A DNA stretch of 64,000 nucleotides from Spirochaetia bacterium (GTDB lineage: Bacteria > Spirochaetota > Spirochaetia > UBA9216): contig OY776510.1 in the NCBI GenBank assembly GCA_963675665.1, positions 832,001-896,000 on the forward strand. Reading direction: 5' to 3'. The notes beneath the pieces were generated by a model. That model was given only the letters and a program-made list of their open reading frames with translations. It was not told the DNA's origin and ran no database searches. Of the stretch, positions 30,951 to 39,801 are shown in pieces. The position numbers and the translations under genes are program-made. Numbering within the stretch: position 1 is the stretch's first letter; every line of letters begins with the position of its first letter.

Positions 30951-30965
30951 GATTTGCCTGCCGTA

Positions 30966-32390
30966 TTATAGTTTATCGATCAGCATGGAACATTTACCGG
31001 AAGGAATCGGTAGTGTCTTTTTCTTGTGCTCATCAAGTATATTGATTGTGAAATAGTATAGTTTCTCTGATTCAAGTCTTATTTCCCATCCCCGTCCGCT
31101 TTTATTGCTGAGAATGGTTATAAGGTTCCGCTTAAGGGAAAGGTTTTCTATCCCCATTATTTCAAGCGTAGGCATTATCCAGTCGACAGTTTTTCGCGGA
31201 AGGCTGATGTACAGACCTAGCACGTTTTCAACAATCAGGGTTACCGTTGCAATTGAGGTATAGGCAAGAAAAACCGGTTTGGGAAAATCTTTCAGGGTGC
31301 GGCTGACGGCGGGACCGTCCGAATTCGGTTTATACGCCTCGTAGATATCACCCTTTTTATCGCCTTCCGGATGAAGGGTATCAAGCATAAAATAAAGATG
31401 CCTGATGGAGCATTCGCGTGCAAGCTCATAACGGGCATATTTTTCAAGCCCCTTGATTACCATAAATGTAAACGGTGAATAAACAGATCCGCGGCAGCCG
31501 TCGCCGTCTTCGGTATAGTCCGGTTCCGAGGTTGCCAGCGACGGAAAGGGGTTATCGGTACCGAAAGATTCGGGATCCTTTAAATGATCGATTAACGTGT
31601 TCGCACGATCCTCGTTAGGAATTTCAGCAAGCAGCGTCCAGAACGATGCAATTGTCTTTATTTTAACCTGCTGCTCATCCTTGTCGAGATCGTAGTAGAT
31701 ACCTTCTTCATCGTTCCACATTAATGATGAAATTCTGGTTTTAAGGGAAAAATACTTGCGTTTGTATTTAAAGCTCATTTCCTTGTCGTTAAGGATGTCG
31801 CCGATCTCGGACATATAAAGGGCGTTTACAGCCTGCTGCGAATTGAAATCAACCGGGTAGTAAACATTAACACGCGGGCTGTTAACCATTGTTGTCGCCT
31901 CAATCGGTACATTGTAAAGCCCGTTTTCCTTTTTGAATGTCTGTTCCACCCAATGAAAATATTTTTCCAGGTATACGACTATTTCTTTGAGCCTTTTTTT
32001 GTTGCCTTCCTTGTGGTAAAGGTTGTATTCAGCCCAGGAAAATAACGGAGGATGTATACCCTCGGGATTATTGCTGCTTAAAACAGGCTTTCCGTCGGAT
32101 TCACCGTATGCACAGCGTATTGCTCCGGTTTCTTCCTGTTTTGAATAGAATAAATCCATGGAAGGACAGGCCGGAAACTGGTTGTTGCTGTAGACAAGAA
32201 AGAATGTTGCAAGTATTGATTCAAACTGATTTACAGAATCGTTTTCGGGGTAATTAAAATATGTTTTAGGAAATCCATTTTTAGAATTGCCGATTTTCCA
32301 TGAATCCTGCAACCAGGCCCAAGTCTTTTCATACAGGTCCACGAAGTCCTGATCGTAGAAATGAACAGCAGGAAAACCTTTTTTTACCAA
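30966..32390 (-). CDS. GH63/trehalase-like (alpha/alpha)6 glycoside hydrolase family protein
   Basis: HPPLFSWAE, MWNDEEGIYYD, YEAY and TTMVNSPR motifs typical of MGH1-like proteins. Confidence 0.72.
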   Translation of the reverse strand: MVKKGFPAVHFYDQDFVDLYEKTWAWLQDSWKIGNSKNGFPKTYFNYPENDSVNQFESILATFFLVYSNNQFPACPSMDLFYSKQEETGAIRCAYGESDGKPVLSSNNPEGIHPPLFSWAEYNLYHKEGNKKRLKEIVVYLEKYFHWVEQTFKKENGLYNVPIEATTMVNSPRVNVYYPVDFNSQQAVNALYMSEIGDILNDKEMSFKYKRKYFSLKTRISSLMWNDEEGIYYDLDKDEQQVKIKTIASFWTLLAEIPNEDRANTLIDHLKDPESFGTDNPFPSLATSEPDYTEDGDGCRGSVYSPFTFMVIKGLEKYARYELARECSIRHLYFMLDTLHPEGDKKGDIYEAYKPNSDGPAVSRTLKDFPKPVFLAYTSIATVTLIVENVLGLYISLPRKTVDWIMPTLEIMGIENLSLKRNLITILSNKSGRGWEIRLESEKLYYFTINILDEHKKKTLPIPSGKCSMLIDKL

Positions 32391-32511
32391 TATTAAAACC
32401 TCTTTTAGCGTAGTCCTATTACTTTGTAATATGATTTATATAAAGAATAGATATACATTTATTATAATTTAATATCGACGATACTACAAGTCAATTAGAA
32501 AAAAAGAGGAG

Positions 32512-32617
32512 TTAATAAATCGAGGGAATTTAAAAATATATAATCTTTAAATTCCTGATTTTTTTGTTTAATATCACGGCTTTGAAAAAATGATCTTTTA
32601 AAAGCCTCGATTATTAA
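32512..32617. repeat. Nested inverted-repeat element in a divergent intergenic region
   Basis: Outer IR ttaataaatcgagg/cctcgattattaa encloses two hairpins. Confidence 0.5.
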
Positions 32618-32639
32618 TTTATTCTATGTAAAAATATAA

Positions 32640-34499
32640 TTGATGTCAATCATTAAAAAAAGCAGCGGAAACAGCTTTCTCCCGATTAATAAAACCGATA
32701 TGGATCATCGGGGGTGGGAATCCTGCGAGTTTATAATCATAACGGGCGATGCCTATGTGGATCATCCGTCGTTCGGAGCGGCTATAATCGGGCGGCTTCT
32801 TGAAAACGAGGGATACAGGACAGGAATTATCGCGCAGCCCGACTGGAAAACACCGGAGTCATTTACTGTACTCGGAAAGCCCGATTATGCTTTTCTGATC
32901 ACCTCCGGAAACCTGGATTCAATGGTGAACCATTACAGTTCCATGAAAAGGCCAAGAAGGACCGATGCGTATTCCCCGGGAGGCAAAACGGGCCTTCGGC
33001 CGGATCGTGCACTGATTGCCTATACAGCCGCGGTAAAACAGGTCTGGAAGGGTGTTCCGGTTGTTCTCGGCGGGATAGAGGCTTCTCTGCGCAGGTTGAG
33101 CCATTATGATTACTGGAGCAACAAACTTCGTCGTTCCGTGCTGGTAGACTCGAAAGCGGATCTGCTGATTTACGGAATGGGGGAAAACCCGGTTGTAGAA
33201 ACCGCGCGCAGGCTGGCCGGAAACGAAGATATTAAATCCATAAGGGATATTCGGGGAACGGTATACCGGCTTACGGGGCGTGAAGCTGAAGACGGTGTTT
33301 CCGACACAGTCATGCTTCCTTCGTTTGCAGATTTAAATCTGAGGCCGGAACTTTTCGGCGACAGTTATGTTTTGCGCAGCAGCAACAACAACCCTTTCAC
33401 GGCCGGAGCCCTGGCCGAACCGACCGACGGCCAGCTTGTTGTCCAGAACCCGCCGGCATTTCCGCTGAGTGAATCTGAAATGGACCGGCTTTACAGCCTT
33501 CCGTACACAAGAACGGCTCATCCGGTATATTCCGGCGCCGGCGGAATTCCGGCATTGACCGAGGTTGAGTTCAGCATTACAGCAAACCGCGGATGTTACG
33601 GTTCATGCTCGTTTTGTTCGCTGGCCTTTCACCAGGGACGGGTAATCCAGGCGCGCAGCAGCGAGTCGATAATCGGAGAAGCACAGCAAATGACGCAATC
33701 ACCCGGATTCAAGGGGATAATCCATGACGTCGGCGGCCCAACGGCTAATTTCTATCATCCAGCATGTGAAAAACAGCGGACAAATGGGGGTTGTGCTGAT
33801 CGGGAGTGCCTCTTTCCCGAACCCTGCCCGAAAATTGATTCCGATCACCGAAATTACCTTGAGCTGCTGAGAAAACTGAGAAGTCTGCCCGGCGTTAAAA
33901 AGGTTTTTATACGTTCAGGACTCCGTTTCGATTACCTGATGTCGGCAGTTAATGCAGAAAAAAAAGCGGGCGGAAAAAAAATAACCGGCGGGACGGAATT
34001 TCTTGAAGAATTGTGCCGGCATCATGTAAGCGGCCAGTTAAAAACGGCGCCCGAACATGTTTCCGACAGGGTCCTTAAACTGATGAAAAAACCTTCGAAC
34101 AGGGTCTATCAGCAGTTTGTACAGGCTTTTGAGGACATGAACAGGAAGCTTAATAAAAAACAGTATATTATCCCTTATCTTATATCGGGACACCCCGGAT
34201 CGGATCTGAACGATGCAATAGAACTGGCGCTTTACCTGAAAAGACAGGGTTTTATTCCGGACCAGGTTCAGGATTTTTATCCGACGCCGGCAAGTCTTTC
34301 AACCTGTATCTACTTCACAGGAATCGATCCTTATACGAAAATAAAAGTATATTCTGCCAAAACACCGGAAGAAAAGGCCATGCAGCGGGCATTGCTTCAT
34401 TTTCATAAACATGAAAACAGAAATCTTGTAATCAGGGCATTGAAGAAAGCCGGTAGAATGGATCTGGTAGGAAACGGAAAAAACTGTCTGATCAGATAA
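32640..34499 (+). CDS. YgiQ-family radical SAM protein
   Basis: GDAYVDHPSFG, CYGSCSFC (CxxxCxxC), APEH, QVQDFYPTP. Confidence 0.93.
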   Translation: MMSIIKKSSGNSFLPINKTDMDHRGWESCEFIIITGDAYVDHPSFGAAIIGRLLENEGYRTGIIAQPDWKTPESFTVLGKPDYAFLITSGNLDSMVNHYSSMKRPRRTDAYSPGGKTGLRPDRALIAYTAAVKQVWKGVPVVLGGIEASLRRLSHYDYWSNKLRRSVLVDSKADLLIYGMGENPVVETARRLAGNEDIKSIRDIRGTVYRLTGREAEDGVSDTVMLPSFADLNLRPELFGDSYVLRSSNNNPFTAGALAEPTDGQLVVQNPPAFPLSESEMDRLYSLPYTRTAHPVYSGAGGIPALTEVEFSITANRGCYGSCSFCSLAFHQGRVIQARSSESIIGEAQQMTQSPGFKGIIHDVGGPTANFYHPACEKQRTNGGCADRECLFPEPCPKIDSDHRNYLELLRKLRSLPGVKKVFIRSGLRFDYLMSAVNAEKKAGGKKITGGTEFLEELCRHHVSGQLKTAPEHVSDRVLKLMKKPSNRVYQQFVQAFEDMNRKLNKKQYIIPYLISGHPGSDLNDAIELALYLKRQGFIPDQVQDFYPTPASLSTCIYFTGIDPYTKIKVYSAKTPEEKAMQRALLHFHKHENRNLVIRALKKAGRMDLVGNGKNCLIR

Positions 34500-34542
34500 A
34501 TCCTTTACTGTATAAAATCATGCAATAGTATTATTATTAGGT

Positions 34543-36402
34543 ATGGAAATGCGAAAACAGCTCGGTTTTAAAGAAGTATTCTCGATATCATCCGGAGCAA
34601 TGATCAGCTCCGGTCTTTTTGTTCTTCCGTCGATTGTCTTTGCCGAAATAGGACCAGCTGTAATAGCAGCCTATTTTCTGGCGGCATTATTTGTAATACC
34701 GGCTATGTTCGCCAAGACGGAACTTGCTACAGCAATGCCCAAATCGGGCGGAGTATATTTCTACATCAACAGAAGCCTCGGCGCTCTGTTCGGGACGTTC
34801 GCGGGGTTTGCATCATGGTTTTCGCTGAGTCTGAAATCTGCTTTTGCCCTTGTCGGTATCGGCGTTTTTCTTGAACCGCTTATGCCGGTTTATTCGCCGA
34901 TGATGGTTAAATTCATCGCTGTGGGGTTTACCGTTTTTTTCACGGCGCTGAACATTCTCAGCGTGAAGGAAAGCAGCCGTTTTCAGGTTATTCTTGTTGT
35001 TGCACTGCTTGCCATTCTTGCTGTTTTTGTCTCGATTGGCGCTCCCAAAATAGATGTGCACAACCTGACTCCTTTTTATAATGGAAACGGCATACGCCGG
35101 TTCATAACCGCGATAGGAATGATTTTTATCTCTTACGGCGGGCTTACAAAAATAGCGTCGGTTGCGGAAGAGATCAAAAACCCCGTCAGAACAATAAAAA
35201 CCGGCATGTTTGCAGCCTATACAGTAGTCACCATCATGTACACGCTGGTTATTTTTATTGTAACCGGAGTTCTTCCGCATGAAGTTTTTACCGGGTCGCT
35301 GAGACCTATATCCGACGCGGCCATGACAATAGCAGGTTATCCGGGGTTTTATATTCTGTCGGTGGCGGCAATGCTGGCTTTTATTTCAACAGCCAATGCA
35401 GGCCTTATGGCTTCTTCGCGCAGCCCGCTTGCAATGAGCGGTGATAACCTTTTGCCCGGGTTTTTTGCAAAGCTGGATGTCAGGCGCGGAACCCCCTGGG
35501 TATCAATTCTGGTAACCAGCGTATTCATGATTACCTGTATTCTTTTGCTGGATATGAAAACCCTTGTCAAGGTTGCGTCGACAATGAAGCTGATTCTCTT
35601 TGCGCTTGTATGTCTTTCGGTGATCCTGATGCGTGAGAGTAAAATCGTTACCTATAAACCGGCATTCAGAATGCCGTTTTACCCGTTTCTGCCGATCGCA
35701 GGGATTTTAATCTATTCCGCGCTTATCTTCGAAATGGGCAGAATACCTCTGACTATAACCGGGCTCTTTTTTGTCGCGTCTATCGGCTGGTATTTTATAT
35801 ATGCAAGGTCAAGAAACAAAAAAGAGTCGGCGCTTGTCAAAATAGTTGAACGGATAACATCCAGCAGTATCAAATCTACAGGGTTGTCGGATGAACTCCG
35901 GGAGATCCTGATTGAGCGCGACGGTATTATCGAGGATCGTTTCGACAGAATAATCAAGGAAGCGCGTATTATTGATGTTGAAGAAGATATGAACATGGAC
36001 GGGCTGTTTTCGCTGCTTGCCGGAGAACTTTCCTGTCATGAAGGCTGCACGAATGATGATATTCTTTCCATGCTTTATGAACGCGAGAGCGAATCCACCA
36101 CTGTGATCAGCGACGGACTGGCAATTCCGCATATTGTTACAAGCGGAGAACATCAGTTTGAAATTGTAGTTGTGCGTTCAAAAAAGGGAATTATTTTCAA
36201 CGCCGCCGCAAATCCGGTCAGGGTTGTTTTCGCGCTGTCCGGCTCAAAGGATGAGCGCAATTTTCATCTTAAGGCGCTGATGGCAATAGCACAGATTGTT
36301 CAGTCGCCGGATTTTCTATCGAACTGGATGAAGGTAAAAACAATCGACGATTTACGCAACCTGATTCTTATGGCGGAAAGAGCCAGAAAAGGAATGGTAT
36401 AA
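34543..36402 (+). CDS. APC-family amino acid permease fused to a C-terminal PTS EIIA domain
   Basis: GAMISSGLFVLP, ELATAMPKSGG, AEEIKNP. C-terminal ERE..STT...LAIPH. Confidence 0.88.
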   Translation: MEMRKQLGFKEVFSISSGAMISSGLFVLPSIVFAEIGPAVIAAYFLAALFVIPAMFAKTELATAMPKSGGVYFYINRSLGALFGTFAGFASWFSLSLKSAFALVGIGVFLEPLMPVYSPMMVKFIAVGFTVFFTALNILSVKESSRFQVILVVALLAILAVFVSIGAPKIDVHNLTPFYNGNGIRRFITAIGMIFISYGGLTKIASVAEEIKNPVRTIKTGMFAAYTVVTIMYTLVIFIVTGVLPHEVFTGSLRPISDAAMTIAGYPGFYILSVAAMLAFISTANAGLMASSRSPLAMSGDNLLPGFFAKLDVRRGTPWVSILVTSVFMITCILLLDMKTLVKVASTMKLILFALVCLSVILMRESKIVTYKPAFRMPFYPFLPIAGILIYSALIFEMGRIPLTITGLFFVASIGWYFIYARSRNKKESALVKIVERITSSSIKSTGLSDELREILIERDGIIEDRFDRIIKEARIIDVEEDMNMDGLFSLLAGELSCHEGCTNDDILSMLYERESESTTVISDGLAIPHIVTSGEHQFEIVVVRSKKGIIFNAAANPVRVVFALSGSKDERNFHLKALMAIAQIVQSPDFLSNWMKVKTIDDLRNLILMAERARKGMV

Positions 36403-36415
36403 GGTAAAAAAGTTA

Positions 36416-37756
36416 ATGAAATTGAACTCTATTTATCGTGATCTGTTCAGAGTCGCAGTTCCTGTTGCTTTGCACAACCTTGTTATCTCTTCCCTGTCAT
36501 TTGTTGATACGCTAATGATCGGGCAGCTTGGCGAGGTGGAAATTGCTTCGGTCGGAATAGGCAACCAGCTGTTTTTCCTGTTTACTCTGTTGCTGTTCGG
36601 TATCGGAAGCGCCAGCGGAGTGTTTGTCTCGCAGTACTGGGGCAAAAAGGATTTTCCTAATATCCGCATAACATCCGGGTTAAGCGTTACCCTGGGGCTG
36701 ATAGGAGCTCTGCCGTTTGCGCTGCTGTCTTTTGTGCTGCCGAAGCAGGTTGTGGGCATCTTTTCAACCGATGCTTCGGTTATTCCGCTCGGGGCCGAAT
36801 ATCTTAAAATTGTGTCGGTCAGTTACCTGTTTTCCGCCGTTACGATTACGATGGCGCAGGTACAGCGAAGCCTGGAAAGGGCTAACCTTCCGTTTTTTGT
36901 TTCAATCGCCGCTCTCGGACTAAACACCCTGTTGAATTACCTTTTCATCTTCGGCAAGGCGGGGTTTCCGGCATGGGGGGTCAGGGGTGTTGCCCTTGCA
37001 ACCACGATATCCCGGGCGGTGGAATGCTTTCTGCTGATAATGATTATTTACCGGAATAAAAAAAATCCTGCTGCAGGGAAGCTGCGGGAACTCACCGGGT
37101 TTTCATTTGAATTTTTCCGTAGATTTATGAAAACGGCGTCGCCGGTTATTATAAACGAGCTTTTCTGGGCCCTCGGCATGACAGTTTTCAAGATTGTTTA
37201 CGGCCGGATGGGAACGTCTGCGCTTGCATCGGTTAATATCGCAGAGGCCGTTATGAACCTGATGTTTGTGGCGCTTATAGGTTCTGCAACAGGCGCGTCG
37301 GTTCTTACGGGAAAAACGATAGGCGAAGGCCGTTATGATGAAGCAAAACGTAACGGGGCCAGGTTTATCAGGCTTGCAGTTATTGAAGGCCTGGTAATAG
37401 CGGCTGTCTGTATGGTTTTCTGCGGGCTTCTTCCGAAGGGTTTTAATGTGCCGGACGAACTTAAACAGTCGGCAACCGTTATAATAATTATCTTTGCGAT
37501 ATTTCTGCCGTTTAAATCTTTCAATCTGCATACGATTGTCGGTATTTTCAGGGGCGGCGGAGACACTCTTTATGCGGCGACAACCGAAATTATAGGGGTA
37601 TGGGGAGTGGGTGTTGTTCTTGCATGTATTACCGGGCTTTGGCTCGGGCTGCCGGTTCATCTTGTATATGGATTTGTAAGCCTTGAAGAGATTGTTAAAG
37701 CGGTAATAAATACTGTAAGGCTCAAATCAGGAAAATGGGTACACGATCTTACATGA
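36416..37756 (+). CDS. MATE family efflux transporter
   Basis: DTLMIGQLG, SQYWG, GVALAT, RGGGDT. Confidence 0.92.
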   Translation: MKLNSIYRDLFRVAVPVALHNLVISSLSFVDTLMIGQLGEVEIASVGIGNQLFFLFTLLLFGIGSASGVFVSQYWGKKDFPNIRITSGLSVTLGLIGALPFALLSFVLPKQVVGIFSTDASVIPLGAEYLKIVSVSYLFSAVTITMAQVQRSLERANLPFFVSIAALGLNTLLNYLFIFGKAGFPAWGVRGVALATTISRAVECFLLIMIIYRNKKNPAAGKLRELTGFSFEFFRRFMKTASPVIINELFWALGMTVFKIVYGRMGTSALASVNIAEAVMNLMFVALIGSATGASVLTGKTIGEGRYDEAKRNGARFIRLAVIEGLVIAAVCMVFCGLLPKGFNVPDELKQSATVIIIIFAIFLPFKSFNLHTIVGIFRGGGDTLYAATTEIIGVWGVGVVLACITGLWLGLPVHLVYGFVSLEEIVKAVINTVRLKSGKWVHDLT

Positions 37757-37768
37757 ATATAGTATGAT

Positions 37769-38503
37769 ATGCGCATGATTAAATTACCAGTTTTAAACAC
37801 CAAAGACGAATATATTGTAAACCCCGGAAAAATTGTAGCTCTCGGTTTGAATTACCGTGATCATGTAAAAGAAAGCGTTTCAATCCTTGCCGGAGGATAC
37901 AAGCCCGAAGAACCGACAGAGCCGGTTATTTTTCCCAAGGCTGTATCTTCACTTGCGGGGCCAGGCGAACCGATAGTGATACCGGCTTTTCTTAAAGATT
38001 ACAGTTTCGACAGTTCTGAACGAAACGATTATGAAGCCGAGCTTGCATTTTTCATCAGTAAGGACTGCCGAAATGTTTCAGAGGCAGAGGCGATGGATTA
38101 CATCTTCGGGTTCACCTGTCTGAACGATGTCAGCCAGCGAAACCTGCAGACCGGCGATAAAAGCGGGTGGTACAGGGGCAAATCTCTGGATACATTCTGC
38201 CCGGTCGGTCCGGTTGTTGTACTTGCAAAAGACATAGGTGATCCTCAGAACCTGAATATAAAATGCAGGCTTAACGGAAATGTCGTTCAAAACGGGAATA
38301 CAAATCAGATGATTTTTTCCATTACCAGGATTGTATCAATCCTTTCTTCCTGGTTTACCCTGAAAAAAGGCGATCTGATAAGCACCGGAACGCCGAGCGG
38401 AGTAGGCCCTGTTAAAGACGGTGATGTAGTTGAAATAGAAATCGAGAATATCGGCATTCTGAAAAACCCGGTGATTGAAGAAAAGCCGCGGAGCGTGAAA
38501 TGA
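37769..38503 (+). CDS. Fumarylacetoacetate hydrolase family protein
   Basis: GLNYRDH, DYEAEL, NDVSQR, KSLDTF, TGTPSGVG. Confidence 0.93.
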   Translation: MRMIKLPVLNTKDEYIVNPGKIVALGLNYRDHVKESVSILAGGYKPEEPTEPVIFPKAVSSLAGPGEPIVIPAFLKDYSFDSSERNDYEAELAFFISKDCRNVSEAEAMDYIFGFTCLNDVSQRNLQTGDKSGWYRGKSLDTFCPVGPVVVLAKDIGDPQNLNIKCRLNGNVVQNGNTNQMIFSITRIVSILSSWFTLKKGDLISTGTPSGVGPVKDGDVVEIEIENIGILKNPVIEEKPRSVK

Positions 38504-39774
38504 AATTTTCGAAGTTCGGCGAAAGATTTATAAACGATACCGGTATCAAGGATCTTGTTGATGATCTCGGCAAATATGCAGGCCTTGAAGGGACTTGCAT
38601 GCTCGGAGGTGGTAATCCGGCTCTTATTCCGGAAGTAAATGAAATCTGGCGCGGAAGGATGCGGGAAATCCTTGATAGCGGAGATCAGTTTCAGCGGATG
38701 CTGGGACTTTACGATACCTCAATCGGGAAAATCAAGTTTTTCGACGCTCTGGCGGAAATGTTGAACCGTGAGTACGGATGGCCGGTTACAGGAAAGAATG
38801 TCGCCGTCATAAACGGCAGCCAGACATCATGTTTTCTGCTGTACAATATGCTTTCCGGAGAGATGCCTGTGTTGCCGGGAGCTGCCCCGTCTGCAGGCAG
38901 GACAGGAAAGATCCTGTTGCCGCTTATGCCCGAATATATCGGATATGCAGATCAGACGATTGATCCGGCCGCCTTTGTTTCCTGCCGCCCGGGCATAAAC
39001 GAATATGAACCTAAAATGTTCAAATACCAGGTTGATTTTGATCGTATAGATATGACGGACGTAAACGCGATTGCAGCGTCCAGGCCGACAAATCCAACCG
39101 GAAACGTTCTGACTGATGCCGAAGTTTCCAGGCTGAGCGACATGGCTGCTGAAAATGGAATTCCCCTGCTTCTGGACAACGCTTACGGGCTGCCTTTTCC
39201 CGGAATTATCTTTGAAGACGTCAAACCGGTATGGAATGAAAATATTGTTCTCAGCATGAGCCTTTCCAAAATAGGAATGCCCGCGACCCGCACCGGAATA
39301 ATCGTGGCGAACGAAGAAATGATTGAAGCCCTGTCGGCAATGAGCGCCGTGGCCAGCCTTGCTCCGTCGGGGGTCGGCCAGGAGATTGTTCTGCCCATGC
39401 TGAACGACAGCAGTCTTCTTGATATCAGCCGTGATATTGTAATGCCGTTCTACCGCGGGAAATCACAGCAGACCATAGGTTACATCAAGGAGAGCTTCGG
39501 CAGCCGGTTCGATTATTCAATACATAAAAGTGAAGGCGCTATCTTTCTCTGGATATTGTTCAAGGATCTTGAAACAGGCTCGGTAGATCTGTATAACAGG
39601 CTGAAAAAACGCGGTGTAATTATTGTCCCTGGTGAATATTTCTTTTTCGGGCTTCCGGAATCAGATAAAGACTGGGAACACAGGCACCGTTGTATAAGGG
39701 TTAATTATTCACAGGATTTCGAAGAAGTTAAACGCGGTCTCGATATTATTGCTGAAGAAGCCGCCAAAGGATAA
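38500..39774 (+). CDS. avtA: Valine-pyruvate transaminase
   Basis: MLGGGNPA, PEYIGY, SRPTNPTGNV, DNAYG, SLSK, GAIFLW. Confidence 0.9.
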   Translation: MKFSKFGERFINDTGIKDLVDDLGKYAGLEGTCMLGGGNPALIPEVNEIWRGRMREILDSGDQFQRMLGLYDTSIGKIKFFDALAEMLNREYGWPVTGKNVAVINGSQTSCFLLYNMLSGEMPVLPGAAPSAGRTGKILLPLMPEYIGYADQTIDPAAFVSCRPGINEYEPKMFKYQVDFDRIDMTDVNAIAASRPTNPTGNVLTDAEVSRLSDMAAENGIPLLLDNAYGLPFPGIIFEDVKPVWNENIVLSMSLSKIGMPATRTGIIVANEEMIEALSAMSAVASLAPSGVGQEIVLPMLNDSSLLDISRDIVMPFYRGKSQQTIGYIKESFGSRFDYSIHKSEGAIFLWILFKDLETGSVDLYNRLKKRGVIIVPGEYFFFGLPESDKDWEHRHRCIRVNYSQDFEEVKRGLDIIAEEAAKG

Positions 39775-39801
39775 CTGTTAAAAACTATCCGGGAGGAATA
39801 C

